A DNA stretch of 64,000 nt from an uncultured Pelagibacteraceae bacterium (GCA_902606105.1 CACLFK010000004.1:10255-74254); one strand, 5' to 3'. Shown: positions 29,898 through 42,983, numbered from the stretch's first letter. The notes: generated from the letters alone by a model not told the origin. Numbers and translations are program-made.

Positions 29898-31132
29898 GCT
29901 ATATATTTTAGAAGATAATAAACATTTTTATTTAAGATTTTTTCTCCTAAATTAAATATTTTTCTTGTTTTTGAATTTGGTAATTTTTTATTCAGTTTTT
30001 TTTCAATTTCATTTTGCATTTTTTTAATATCTAAAGTGGTTACAGATATTTTGTTTTTGGATAAAAATGCATAAATTTCTTTAAAATTATCAATGTTTGG
30101 TCCATTAATAATATAATTTCCTAACCTTGCAGGTTCCAATGGATTTTGTCCACCATGTCTAACAATCGATCCCCCAACGAATGTAATTTTACTTAATTGA
30201 TAAAATTGTCTGGCTTCACCATAAGTATCAACTAAATATATATCTGTATTTTTATTAGGTCCATTCCTAGACGAATGTGTAACCACGTTTAAATTTATTT
30301 TTTTTAAGTCTTTAATAATTCTTTTTGATCGATTTATATGACGTGGAATAATAATTGTAAGTAATTTTTTATCATTTTTTTTTATACTCTTGTGTATCTT
30401 TGCAATTAATATTTCTTCGTCACCATGAGTGCTAGCTGCACAAAGTATTTTAAAATTTTTAAATTTTTTTTTCGGAAAAAATTTATTGATAGTATTTATT
30501 TTATTTTTTGCATAAAATTTGAGATTTCCAGCAATATTGATATTTTTTGTTCCTAATTTTTTAAGAAACTTTTTTGTTTCTAAGTTAGATGGCAGAGCTA
30601 AAGAAATTTTACTGAAAACCTCATTTGCAAACTTTTTTAAAATTCCCCATCTTCTATAACTTTTCCTAGTAACTCTGGCATTTAATAAAATTATAGAAAT
30701 TTGTTTTTTCTCCAAATTTTTAAACATATTTGGCCAAATTTCTGAGTCTACAAAAACTGCCAATTGTGGTCTCCAAGTATTAATAAACTTATTTGTCAAA
30801 TAATTTGTATCTAATGGATAATACTTATGAAAAGTTTTTTTAAATTTATAATTTTCAAAAATTTTTGCTGAACTCCTAGTAGAGGTGGTAAGTAGTACTT
30901 GCTCAATCTTTTTTTTCTTTTCAAGTTTTTCTAAAACTGGAATTATACTCATCAACTCTCCCACACTTGCAGCATGAAACCAAACAGATTTAAATCTATT
31001 TTTTTTAGAATAAATGCAAAATTTTTCTTGGTATCTAAGGGGATCTTCTTTACCTTTAAATAATCTAATTAAAATTAAAATAGGTGAAAATAGAAAAACT
31101 AGATTAATAATAACACTGTATATAAAATACAT
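29894..31132 (-). CDS. waaA: Kdo transferase
   Basis: WFHAASVGE, SEIWPN, AASTH, IPRH, GGQNPLEPA. Confidence 0.95.
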   Translation of the reverse strand: MYFIYSVIINLVFLFSPILILIRLFKGKEDPLRYQEKFCIYSKKNRFKSVWFHAASVGELMSIIPVLEKLEKKKKIEQVLLTTSTRSSAKIFENYKFKKTFHKYYPLDTNYLTNKFINTWRPQLAVFVDSEIWPNMFKNLEKKQISIILLNARVTRKSYRRWGILKKFANEVFSKISLALPSNLETKKFLKKLGTKNINIAGNLKFYAKNKINTINKFFPKKKFKNFKILCAASTHGDEEILIAKIHKSIKKNDKKLLTIIIPRHINRSKRIIKDLKKINLNVVTHSSRNGPNKNTDIYLVDTYGEARQFYQLSKITFVGGSIVRHGGQNPLEPARLGNYIINGPNIDNFKEIYAFLSKNKISVTTLDIKKMQNEIEKKLNKKLPNSKTRKIFNLGEKILNKNVYYLLKYIA

Positions 31133-32874
31133 TAACTTTTTTTTATCTGTTTTTCATAAAAGTTTTTATAGACTTCAGAATTTATTAATAAATTTTCGTG
31201 ACTACCTGTATCAATAATTCTTCCTTCATCTACAACATATATAGTTTCTGAATTAAGAATAGTTGATAATCGGTGTGCAATTACAATCGTAGTTTTGTTA
31301 GAAGTCAGTTCACTTAATGCTTTTTGAATTTTTTCTTCAGTTTCAGAGTCCAAAGAAGAGGTAGCTTCATCAAGAAGTATTATTTTACTTTTTTTCAAAA
31401 AAGCTCTAGCTATAGATAATCTCTGCTTTTCACCCCCTGATAATTTGACACCGTTTTCGCCAATAATTGTTTCATAGCCATTATCTAATTTTTCAATAAA
31501 TTCCTTGCACATAGCAAGTTCTGCAGCTTTAAAAATCTCATTGTCATTGGCTTCTGGTTTTGCATATCTAATATTATTTTTAATTGTATCGTCAAATAGT
31601 GTTGTATTTTGATCAACTATTGAAATTTCCTTTCTTATCGAAACTAAACTTTTATTAGCAATGTCCTGTCCGTCTATTTCGATATTGCCCTTGTGAGGAG
31701 AATAAATTCTAGGTATCATATTTAAAATTGTAGATTTACCAGAACCGCTGTAGCCAACTAATGCAGTCATCTTCCCACCTTTAAATTTTAGGGATAAATC
31801 TTTCAAAACTTTATTTTCTAAATTTGAACTATAGGCAAATTCAACTTTATTAAAAACAATATCTACATTTGAAAATACTAAATCTAGACTTTTACTGTTA
31901 GGATTAATTTTATTTTTTATGTCTATTATTGGAATAATCCTCGCCGAAGCAGCAAGCCCTTGACCTATTGCTACATTAACTTTAGTTAAAGTTTTGACAG
32001 GTTGGTAAGCAAGCATCATCGCTGCTAAAAAAGAAAAAAAATTATTTATTGCTAACTCTCCACTTATAATTAGTTTACCAGAATAAAAAATTAAAAAAGC
32101 AATCATTATTCCTGTTAATACCTCCATTATAGGTGTAGATCTTATATACACAGCTGCTATTTTTGCAGATTTTTCTTTAAAATTATTGACAAAAATTTCT
32201 GATCTTTGCTCTTCAAAATTTTCTCTTTGAAAAATTTTAATTATTTTATGATTTTTAAATAAATCAATTAAATATCTATTTAAATCTCCTGATTTTTCTT
32301 GTGCTTGAGTTGAAACTTTATTCATTCTTTTACCAAGTATTTTTGCTGTAATACTTGCTAAGGGTATCATCAGAATAGCGATAAGTGACAATTTCCAGTT
32401 TTGCAAAAACATTACAAAAAGTAAACAGACAAGGGTTAAGCTATCTTTAAAAATGCTTAAAAATGCATCAGATAACATAGTACTGATTTGATTAACATCA
32501 AAATTAAGATTGGAGATATATTTACCAGAATGTTTATTTTCGATAGTTTCGGTATCAGCCTTTATAAATGATTTTAGCATATCAATTTGAAGCATTTTTT
32601 TAACTTCCTCCGATACATTAATCATTAAAAGTTTTGCAAAATAAAGTGATATTCCTTTAGCACTGAAAGCCAAAATGATTGCAATAGGGATAATAAATAT
32701 TAAAGTTTTATCCTTATTTAAAAAAATATTTTCAATTGCAGGATCTAAAAGCCAAGCCGTAACAGATGTACTTAGTGCAACAACAACAGAAAAAATTGCA
32801 GCTAAAATTATTTTTTTAATAAATTTACTAGTATAATCTCTGTAAAGTCTTTTAAATGATTCAGATTTTAACAT
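31132..32874 (-). CDS. msbA: Lipid A export ABC transporter MsbA
   Basis: TMD-NBD fusion; GYSGSGKST, LSGGEKQR, LDEATS; upstream of waaA. Confidence 0.88.
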   Translation of the reverse strand: MLKSESFKRLYRDYTSKFIKKIILAAIFSVVVALSTSVTAWLLDPAIENIFLNKDKTLIFIIPIAIILAFSAKGISLYFAKLLMINVSEEVKKMLQIDMLKSFIKADTETIENKHSGKYISNLNFDVNQISTMLSDAFLSIFKDSLTLVCLLFVMFLQNWKLSLIAILMIPLASITAKILGKRMNKVSTQAQEKSGDLNRYLIDLFKNHKIIKIFQRENFEEQRSEIFVNNFKEKSAKIAAVYIRSTPIMEVLTGIMIAFLIFYSGKLIISGELAINNFFSFLAAMMLAYQPVKTLTKVNVAIGQGLAASARIIPIIDIKNKINPNSKSLDLVFSNVDIVFNKVEFAYSSNLENKVLKDLSLKFKGGKMTALVGYSGSGKSTILNMIPRIYSPHKGNIEIDGQDIANKSLVSIRKEISIVDQNTTLFDDTIKNNIRYAKPEANDNEIFKAAELAMCKEFIEKLDNGYETIIGENGVKLSGGEKQRLSIARAFLKKSKIILLDEATSSLDSETEEKIQKALSELTSNKTTIVIAHRLSTILNSETIYVVDEGRIIDTGSHENLLINSEVYKNFYEKQIKKS

Positions 32875-32878
32875 AAAA

Positions 32879-33745
32879 TTAAATCAATTTCCCAATTAAA
32901 ATATTTATTAAAATAAGAAGACCTAAAAAATTGTTACTCTTAAATTTATTTAAGCAATCTGTTGTATTTTTCAGATTTAACTTTTTGATTTGAAAATATA
33001 GAAGTTGTAAAATTGGAAGTACTAAAAACATAAAATAAAAAATTTCAAAATTTTTTAAAAATCCAACAAGAATTAATGAAACTATAAAAATTAAATAACA
33101 AATTATCAAAAATTTTTTTGGATTCTTTTTAAATTTTATCGAGGTTGACTTTACTCCTATAATTTCATCATCTTTAATATCTTGAAATCCGTAAATTGTG
33201 TCGTATCCTAATGTCCAAAATATGGCTCCTAGATAAAATATAATAGGTATTATTGAAATTTCACTAGTTATTGAAATCCACGCTAGAATTAAACCATAAT
33301 TAAACGTTATACCCAAAAATAACTGGGGCCAATAGGTTACTCTTTTCATTAAAGGATATGTAAATGCTAGGGGCATCGATGCTAGTGCCATCAAAATCGT
33401 AAAATTATTAAAATTAATTAATATTAAAAAAGCTATACCACACAAAGTAATAGCGTAGAAGGAAGCTAATTTTATAGACACCTTACCAGATGCGATAGGT
33501 CTATACTTCGTTCTTTCCACCTTTTTATCAAAATTTTTATCTATAATATCGTTTACAATACAACCAGCTGATCTCATTAAAATAGATCCACCTAAAAAAA
33601 GACAAGTATAAAATAAATATATAAACAAATTTGAATTAAAATCATAAACAATTGTAAGTCCCCAAATGCACGGCCAAAATAAAAGCATAAAACCAATTGG
33701 TTTTTTTAATCTGGTAAGTTCGATAAATAATTTTAATTGGTTCAT
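32879..33745 (-). CDS. ubiA: 4-hydroxybenzoate polyprenyltransferase
   Basis: RLKKPIG, NDIIDKNFD..VERT..RP, YDTIYGFQD. Confidence 0.96.
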   Translation of the reverse strand: MNQLKLFIELTRLKKPIGFMLLFWPCIWGLTIVYDFNSNLFIYLFYTCLFLGGSILMRSAGCIVNDIIDKNFDKKVERTKYRPIASGKVSIKLASFYAITLCGIAFLILINFNNFTILMALASMPLAFTYPLMKRVTYWPQLFLGITFNYGLILAWISITSEISIIPIIFYLGAIFWTLGYDTIYGFQDIKDDEIIGVKSTSIKFKKNPKKFLIICYLIFIVSLILVGFLKNFEIFYFMFLVLPILQLLYFQIKKLNLKNTTDCLNKFKSNNFLGLLILINILIGKLI

Positions 33746-33752
33746 AATTTAC

Positions 33753-33781
33753 TTGTAAATAACAAAGGCTAGTTTCATAAT
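33753..33781 (+). promoter_or_regulatory. Putative sigma70 promoter
   Basis: TTGTAA-N17-CATAAT, 13 nt before ATG 33795. Confidence 0.55.
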
Positions 33782-33794
33782 CAAATTGATTCGT

Positions 33795-34196
33795 ATGAAT
33801 ATAGATTACACAGTTACAGCATTAATGTTTCCCGCAATACCTTTGCTAATGGGTGTTTACAGTAATAGATTCCATACATTAAGTGCTCTAATTAGAAAAA
33901 TCCATGATGCTCACGTTTTTGAAAAGCACACCCCGCCTGAATGGAAAGCTCAATTTTTAAATCTTAATAAACGGATAAGCCTTTTGAAATTTTCAATGGT
34001 TTTTGCAGCATTCGGCTTCCTGTTTAATATGTTGACTGTGTTTGGTCTTTATTTAAGTGAGATTTTTATAGCTAGAATTATTTTTGGATCATGTTGTTTA
34101 TCAATGATTATATCCATTATTTTTTTTATAATAGAAATTCAAGTTTCCACTAATGCTCTAAAGCTTCATATGTCTGACATGAATATATATGATTAA
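33795..34196 (+). CDS. DUF2721-like membrane protein
   Basis: ALMFPAIPLL..YSNRF..L..LIR, EIQVS..AL..H. Confidence 0.8.
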   Translation: MNIDYTVTALMFPAIPLLMGVYSNRFHTLSALIRKIHDAHVFEKHTPPEWKAQFLNLNKRISLLKFSMVFAAFGFLFNMLTVFGLYLSEIFIARIIFGSCCLSMIISIIFFIIEIQVSTNALKLHMSDMNIYD

Positions 34197-34202
34197 AAAA
34201 GT

Positions 34203-35174
34203 TTAGGGAATTATAACAGCTGGGCCGGTGAGCAATCTACCCTCCAAATCTTCATGAGCTTGTCTTACTTCATCAAGAGTATATTTCTTTGAAATTTCTA
34301 TTTTAAACTTACCAGATAATACAGCTTCAAAAACTTTTTTGGCGGACTCTTCCAACTCTTCTCTCTCGATAGTGTAGTGAGCAATAGAAGGACGAGTAAA
34401 AAATAGACCTTTAGCATTAATATGTTTTTTTACATCAATAGTATCTACATAACCCGAGGCATTTCCAAAAGCTACCATCATCCCTCTAACTTTAAGTACT
34501 TCAATTGAACCCTCAAAAGTGGTCAAACCTACGCCATCATAAACAACGTCAATTCCATTTTTTCCAACAATTTTTTCTACTTCCTCAACAAAGTTTTTCT
34601 CAGTATAATTGATCACATGGTGGCAACCATTTTTTTTTGCAATCTCTTCCTTTTCTTTTGATCCAACAGTACCAATTACTTGGGCGCCCATTGAGTTTGC
34701 CCATGCACATAAAATTTGACCCAAACCACCAGCTGCAGCATGATAAAGAATTTTATTACCTTTTTTTAATCGATAAGCTCTATGCAATAAGTATTCAGCA
34801 GTAATTCCTTTAAGGGTTATACATGAAGCAACCTCATTTGAGACACCATCTGGCACTAAAACAAGTTTATTTTCTGGTACTATCTGTTTTTCGGAGTAAG
34901 CTCCGATAGGCGCTGAAGCTCGAGATACTCGATCACCAACTTTAAATAATTTAACATCATCTCCAACTTCTTCAATTATTCCACAAGCTTCTAAACCAAT
35001 ACCACTGGGTAATGGAACTGGATAAAGTCCAGTTCGGTTATATGTATCTATAAAATTTAATCCTATTGATAGATTTTTAATTAATACCTCATTAGATTTT
35101 GGCTTATTTATTTCAACATTTTGAATTTGCAATACCTCTGGACCACCAAACTTTTCTATTTTAATAGTTTTCAT
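34203..35174 (-). CDS. qor: NADPH:quinone oxidoreductase (zeta-crystallin/MDR)
   Basis: GLNFID, GLYP, HAAAGGLG, VYDGVG, FGNASG, TRPS. Confidence 0.92.
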   Translation of the reverse strand: MKTIKIEKFGGPEVLQIQNVEINKPKSNEVLIKNLSIGLNFIDTYNRTGLYPVPLPSGIGLEACGIIEEVGDDVKLFKVGDRVSRASAPIGAYSEKQIVPENKLVLVPDGVSNEVASCITLKGITAEYLLHRAYRLKKGNKILYHAAAGGLGQILCAWANSMGAQVIGTVGSKEKEEIAKKNGCHHVINYTEKNFVEEVEKIVGKNGIDVVYDGVGLTTFEGSIEVLKVRGMMVAFGNASGYVDTIDVKKHINAKGLFFTRPSIAHYTIEREELEESAKKVFEAVLSGKFKIEISKKYTLDEVRQAHEDLEGRLLTGPAVIIP

Positions 35175-35177
35175 AAT

Positions 35178-36014
35178 TTATTTTACAAACTTATCATTAT
35201 GATAGTCTTGAACTGCTTGCAAGATTTCAGCTTTAGTATTCATCACAAATGGCCCACCTCTTGCTATTTCCTCATTAATAGGCTTTCCAGAAATCAACAA
35301 GAACTTAGCATTTGATTTAGCTTGCACTGTTAAATCTTCACCTCGAGTTAAGAGTATTAAAGTACTATCCTTAACATCATCGTGTTTATTTTTTCCAATT
35401 TCAATTTCACCATTTATTAGATAAATAAAACTGTTATGAGTTGAAGGTAATTTATAGCCAAACAATTTATCTTTGTTCAGCTCAATATCAAAATAGATTG
35501 GCTCAACATTGTGACCTTTAACAGGGCCTTCAGCATTTTCAAAATTTCCAGCTATAACTTTAACCTGTTTATCTTTATCTTTATGAACACTCATTTTATC
35601 TGCATCTATGTAAATATATTCAGGCCTACTCATCTTTAATTTAGCAGGCATATTAATCCATAATTGAAATCCATGAAGTTTACCTTCTTTCATTGCGGGC
35701 ATTTCAGAATGAATTATTCCACTTCCGGTTTTCATCCACTGAACATCTCCTGCTGTCATTCTACCTTCACCCCCGGTGCTATCTTTATGCTCAAAATCTC
35801 CGGCTAACATATAGGTTACTGTTTCAATTCCTCGATGTGGATGGGGTGGAAAACCTGCAATGTAATCCTTACTATTCTCTGATCCAAACTCATCTAACAT
35901 CAAAAATGGATCAAAATAATTTGGTTCTACACCAATACTTCTTTTTAGTTTAACTCCCGCACCATCAGATGCAAGGATAGGGTCAATAATTTTACTGATT
36001 TCAATGATTTTCAT
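35178..36014 (-). CDS. Pirin family protein
   Basis: DPFLMLDE, PHPHRGIETVT, IHSEMP, QLWIN, GPFVMNT. Confidence 0.95.
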   Translation of the reverse strand: MKIIEISKIIDPILASDGAGVKLKRSIGVEPNYFDPFLMLDEFGSENSKDYIAGFPPHPHRGIETVTYMLAGDFEHKDSTGGEGRMTAGDVQWMKTGSGIIHSEMPAMKEGKLHGFQLWINMPAKLKMSRPEYIYIDADKMSVHKDKDKQVKVIAGNFENAEGPVKGHNVEPIYFDIELNKDKLFGYKLPSTHNSFIYLINGEIEIGKNKHDDVKDSTLILLTRGEDLTVQAKSNAKFLLISGKPINEEIARGGPFVMNTKAEILQAVQDYHNDKFVK

Positions 36015-36034
36015 TTTATCGATATAAGAATTTA

Positions 36035-36697
36035 TTAGAGTATATCAAGTAACTCTCCAAGTTTTTTAATTTGATGTTTAGGCGAATAGTCAAGTTTATC
36101 AAAAATATTGTTATTTCTATTTACCCAAATTGAATTGTATCCATAATTTCCACCACCTGATACATCCCAAGTGTTAGCACTTAAAAAAGCAACTTCATTT
36201 TTTTGAATATTATATTTTTTAATTGGTATATCGTAAACTTTAAAGTCTGGTTTATAAATACCAACTTCTTCTATTGAAAAAATATCATCAAATAAATTGT
36301 CTAAATTATTACTTTTAACTAATTGATTAAGAAGGGTGGGTGTACCATTTGAAAGAATAGCAAGTTTTAAATCTTTTTCTTTAAGTGATTTTAAAACTGC
36401 AGGCACTTCCTTAAATGGCGAAAGAATTTTATAAAGATTTAATAATTCATTTTTCAATGAAGAATCTATTTCATAAGCTTTCATAGATTTATCTAAACTA
36501 TCTTCAGTTACTTGCCAAAAATCTTTATGTCTTTTCATTAAACTTCTAAGCCAAGTATATTCTAGCTGAGTAGTTCTCCAGTAATTTGCAAAACCTTCCC
36601 ACTTATCACCAATTTTATCTTTGCATTTCTCAGCAGCTGAATTGACATCAAATAAAGTGCCATATGCATCAAAAATTATTGCTTTAATATTTTTCAT
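36035..36697 (-). CDS. Haloacid dehalogenase type II
   Basis: FDAYGTLFD, WRTTQLEYTW, LSNG, YKP, SANTWD. Confidence 0.92.
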   Translation of the reverse strand: MKNIKAIIFDAYGTLFDVNSAAEKCKDKIGDKWEGFANYWRTTQLEYTWLRSLMKRHKDFWQVTEDSLDKSMKAYEIDSSLKNELLNLYKILSPFKEVPAVLKSLKEKDLKLAILSNGTPTLLNQLVKSNNLDNLFDDIFSIEEVGIYKPDFKVYDIPIKKYNIQKNEVAFLSANTWDVSGGGNYGYNSIWVNRNNNIFDKLDYSPKHQIKKLGELLDIL

Positions 36698-36713
36698 AAA
36701 CTAATTTATCAAT

Positions 36714-37415
36714 ATGAGTAACATTAGATTATTTTTTCCAAAAAGTTTATCTATTAATTTATCAGACAAGCTTGATAAATCACAATCTCATTATGTAAGT
36801 AAGGTTATGAGAATTAAAGAAAATGAAGTTTTCTCTCTATTTAATACTAGTGGTGAGTGGGAGGCAAAAATTTTAGGTATTTCAAAAAGTATTGTTGAGT
36901 TTAATGTTACAAAACAATTAAGACAAACAGAGAATTTTAAAGAGCTATGGTTAGCTTTTTCACCTATCAAATCTAATTACTTTAATTTCATGATCCAAAA
37001 AGCAACTGAGTTAGGAGTTACAAAGTTTTTGCCTATTATTTTTGATCGAACAATTGTTAGGAAGATAAATAAAGAAAGATTAGAAAAAGTTATTATAGAA
37101 GCAGCCGAACAATCGAATAGAATTCAGGTTCCTAATATTGAAGACCCACAAAATCTTAGAGAATTTCTGGATAAGAGTGATGTCGATTTGATTTTCACAG
37201 ATCTTAATTCAAAAAATAATAAGGTAGATTTAAAAAAACTTACTAGCAAGCCAATCTGTATCGTTGTAGGTCCTGAAGGAGACTTTTCTGAGAGTGAAAG
37301 AGATAAGATTCTCTCATACAAAGGTGTTCAGGGTATAAAAATTAATGAAAACATCCTTAGATCTGAAACAGCTGTAATTTCTGCTATATCGATCATAAAT
37401 TACGCCATTAATTGA
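36714..37415 (+). CDS. rsmE: 16S rRNA m3U1498 methyltransferase
   Basis: HY..VMR, QKATELGV, EAAEQS, GPEGDFS, ILRSETA. Confidence 0.95.
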   Translation: MSNIRLFFPKSLSINLSDKLDKSQSHYVSKVMRIKENEVFSLFNTSGEWEAKILGISKSIVEFNVTKQLRQTENFKELWLAFSPIKSNYFNFMIQKATELGVTKFLPIIFDRTIVRKINKERLEKVIIEAAEQSNRIQVPNIEDPQNLREFLDKSDVDLIFTDLNSKNNKVDLKKLTSKPICIVVGPEGDFSESERDKILSYKGVQGIKINENILRSETAVISAISIINYAIN

Positions 37416-37475
37416 TATTTTGTCGCGAAAAGTAAAGTGTAATTTTTCTAAAGAGGATTTATATAGTGTTTAAAA

Positions 37476-39925
<2,450 letters not shown>

Positions 39926-39957
39926 GTATTAATTTAGATTTTTTAAACATAAAATTA

Positions 39958-40869
39958 ATGATCAAGTCTAAATTAAAAAATAGAAATTTAAGTCAGGAAG
40001 ACGTATTTAATTTATCTGAATTATTTAAACTAATGAAGCCAAGAGTGATGTCATTAGTTATCTTTACTTGTGCTGTAGGTTTATTGATGGCACCAAATAT
40101 TATTCCTACAAAAGATGCAATCATTGGTATTATTTTAGTTTCAATCGGTGCAGGAGCGGCAGGTGCTCTTAACATGTGGTACGAATCTGATTTAGATGCA
40201 CTTATGTCTAGGACTTGTTTGAGGCCAATACCAACTGGAAAAGTAAATAAAAATCAGGCATTAGTATTTGGTATTACCCTATCAATATTTTCTGTAATAG
40301 CATTAGACTATTTTGCTAATAGAATATCTGCTGGCTTATTGTTATCTACGATCTTGTTTTATGTTTTCGTCTATACAATCTGGCTGAAGAGAAAAACTCC
40401 GCAAAATATAGTAATTGGAGGTGCTGCTGGCGCTTTGCCACCAGTAATTGGTTGGACAATTGCTACTAATTCACTTTCATTAGAGCCAATAACATTTTTT
40501 CTAATAATTTTTTTTTGGACCCCATCTCATTTCTGGGCTTTAAGCTTATATAAATCTGATGATTATAAAAGAGCAAAAATTCCAATGCTACCATTAACTA
40601 ATGGAGTAGAGAGTACAAAATTAAATATATTTATTTATTCATTATTAATGTTACCAGTCATTGTTTTGCCGTATGCTATTGGTTTTGTAAGTTTAGTTTT
40701 TCTACTACCATCATTAATTTTAACACTTTATTATAACTTTCTATGTTTGGAACTTTACAAATTTAAGAAAAATAAATTTAACTCAAAGAAAGCAAAAACT
40801 ATTTTTGGTTATTCAATTTTATATTTATTTCTGATATTCGTTCTTTTTTTGATTGATAAAATTTTATGA
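39958..40869 (+). CDS. ctaB: Protoheme IX farnesyltransferase
   Basis: KPRVMSL, DALMSRT..RP, KRKTPQNIVIGG, WTPSHFWAL. Confidence 0.96.
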   Translation: MIKSKLKNRNLSQEDVFNLSELFKLMKPRVMSLVIFTCAVGLLMAPNIIPTKDAIIGIILVSIGAGAAGALNMWYESDLDALMSRTCLRPIPTGKVNKNQALVFGITLSIFSVIALDYFANRISAGLLLSTILFYVFVYTIWLKRKTPQNIVIGGAAGALPPVIGWTIATNSLSLEPITFFLIIFFWTPSHFWALSLYKSDDYKRAKIPMLPLTNGVESTKLNIFIYSLLMLPVIVLPYAIGFVSLVFLLPSLILTLYYNFLCLELYKFKKNKFNSKKAKTIFGYSILYLFLIFVLFLIDKIL

Positions 40870-40991
40870 TTACACCTGATAAAAAAACAAAAAAAAAGAA
40901 TATTCTAACTGCTGTAGCAATTTTAGCTTTTATGGTTTTCTTGTTTGTGTTTACTTTATATAACGTTGGAGTTTTTGATAGACAGATATGA
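40866..40991 (+). CDS. 41-aa single-TM protein, CoxF-like (not in ORF track)
   Basis: MITPDKKTKKKNILTAVAILAFMVFLFVFTLYNVGVFDRQI*; ATGA overlaps with both ctaB and ctaG. Confidence 0.8.
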   Translation: MITPDKKTKKKNILTAVAILAFMVFLFVFTLYNVGVFDRQI

Positions 40992-41521
40992 TGAAGAAAA
41001 AAACTTTAACCCCAATACTACTTGCTGGTATATTCTGCTTAATGCTTGGCCTGTCTTTTGCCGCTGTACCACTTTATGATTTATTTTGTAGAGTGACTGG
41101 TTTTGGAGGAACAACACAAGTTTCTAATGAACCACCAAAAATGGTTTTAGATAAAATTGTAAGTGTTAGATTTGATACTAATGTTAATAATCTTACCTGG
41201 GATTTTAAAGCAAAATCTAATGTAATGGATGTTAAAGTTGGTCAAGTTAACAAAATAGAATTTGAAGTAGAAAATTATGGTGATGAGACCACTTATGGAG
41301 TTGCTAGCTTTAACGTTTCACCTTCAAGTTTTGGAAAATACTATAGTAAATTAGGTTGTTTTTGTTTTGAAAAACAGAAGCTGAAAGCTGGAGAAAAAGC
41401 AACTTATGTTATGACTTTTTATTTAGACCCAGAACTTGTAAATGATCCAACCGTAAAAAATTTACAGGATGTAACTATGTCGTATACTTTTTTCTCGACA
41501 GATTACTATAAACAATCATAA
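40988..41521 (+). CDS. ctaG: Cytochrome c oxidase assembly protein CtaG/Cox11
   Basis: AVPLYDLFCRVTGFGGT, CFCF. Confidence 0.96.
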   Translation: MMKKKTLTPILLAGIFCLMLGLSFAAVPLYDLFCRVTGFGGTTQVSNEPPKMVLDKIVSVRFDTNVNNLTWDFKAKSNVMDVKVGQVNKIEFEVENYGDETTYGVASFNVSPSSFGKYYSKLGCFCFEKQKLKAGEKATYVMTFYLDPELVNDPTVKNLQDVTMSYTFFSTDYYKQS

Positions 41522-41530
41522 TCACAAAAA

Positions 41531-42319
41531 ATGTCAGCTGAAAAAAAACACGACTATCACTTAGTAGACCCAAGTCCTTGGCCTATCTATGTATCTTTTT
41601 CATGTTTAGTATTAGCCATAGGTACAATTTTTTATATGCATAACGATGTTTCCTGGGGAATGTATCTTGGGTTAGCACTAGTTATTTATGGAGCCTATAT
41701 GTGGTTCAGAGATGTTGTCATTGAAGCAGAACATCAAGGTCATCATACCCCTGTTGTGCAAATTCATCACCGATATGGAATGACATTATTTATTGCATCA
41801 GAAGTGATGTTCTTTGTAGCTTGGTTCTGGGCATATTTTGATATCAGTTTATTTCCAAATGAGTTTGTTGGAAATGTTTGGCCTCCAAAAGATATTGAAA
41901 CATTTGATCCATGGGATATCCCTCTAATTAATACTTTAGTATTATTGTTATCTGGAACTACAGTTACATGGTCTCACCATTCTTTACTTGAAGGTGATAG
42001 AAAAGGATTTATTCAAGGATTAACTGCAACAGTTGTTCTTGGTTTCTTTTTTACATTACTACAAGCATATGAATATCATCATGCCACTTTTGATTATTCA
42101 GGTCACATTTATGGAGCAGTTTTTTATATGGCTACGGGTTTCCACGGTTTTCACGTAATAGTTGGAACAATATTTTTAGCTGTTTGTTTATGGCGAGGAA
42201 AATTAGGTCACTTTACTAAAGACCATCATTTTGGATTTGAAGCAGCAGCTTGGTACTGGCATTTTGTTGATGTAGTTTGGTTATTCTTATTTGCTGCCAT
42301 TTATATTTGGGGAAGTTAA
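41531..42319 (+). CDS. coxC: Cytochrome c oxidase subunit III
   Basis: HLVDPSPWP, SEVMFF, TGFHGFHV, WYWHFVD. Confidence 0.98.
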   Translation: MSAEKKHDYHLVDPSPWPIYVSFSCLVLAIGTIFYMHNDVSWGMYLGLALVIYGAYMWFRDVVIEAEHQGHHTPVVQIHHRYGMTLFIASEVMFFVAWFWAYFDISLFPNEFVGNVWPPKDIETFDPWDIPLINTLVLLLSGTTVTWSHHSLLEGDRKGFIQGLTATVVLGFFFTLLQAYEYHHATFDYSGHIYGAVFYMATGFHGFHVIVGTIFLAVCLWRGKLGHFTKDHHFGFEAAAWYWHFVDVVWLFLFAAIYIWGS

Positions 42320-42329
42320 TTTACAACTT

Positions 42330-42983
42330 TTGAAAAATAAATTTTTATTTTCAGTATTTGTTTGGTTTATAATTCTTGTTCTTCTCTCATTAGGTTTTTG
42401 GCAAATTTATAGACTAAATTGGAAGCTAGATTTAATAAATCAAATTGAAAATTCTCTAAAAAATGATCCTGTAGAATTAACTCAAACCAATAAAAAAAAC
42501 TATTTAAGAATAAAAACCTCAGGTCAAATTGATTTTGATAATCAAATTTACTTATATCATTTGAACGAAAAAGGAAAACCTGGGTTTGAAGTAGTAAATC
42601 CAATATTGATTGAAAATGAAAACTTTTTAATTAACAGAGGCTGGATACCTTTTGATAAAAAAAATCTACCAGAAATCAATCAAATCAATCAAAATGAAAT
42701 ACTTGGAACTTTAATGTTACAATCTAAGTCAAGTATGTTTAAGCCCCAAAATGAAATTAAAAAAAATTATTGGTTCACCCTTGATAGAGATGACATTTTT
42801 AATCAGACTGGAAGAAAATTTTCTAATTATATTATTTATTTAAATGGAAACTATAAAATTCCAAAACCAAGAGTGATCACTGCAAAAATTTCAAACAATC
42901 ATAAAAAGTATGCAATTACTTGGTTTTCAATGGCGATTTCAATTCTTTTAATATATCTATATTTTAGAAAAAAAAATTATTAG
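42330..42983 (+). CDS. surf1: SURF1 family protein
   Basis: LGFWQ..RL.WK, INRGWI, NNH..YAITWF; TTG start at 42330 inferred. Confidence 0.9.
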   Translation: MKNKFLFSVFVWFIILVLLSLGFWQIYRLNWKLDLINQIENSLKNDPVELTQTNKKNYLRIKTSGQIDFDNQIYLYHLNEKGKPGFEVVNPILIENENFLINRGWIPFDKKNLPEINQINQNEILGTLMLQSKSSMFKPQNEIKKNYWFTLDRDDIFNQTGRKFSNYIIYLNGNYKIPKPRVITAKISNNHKKYAITWFSMAISILLIYLYFRKKNY

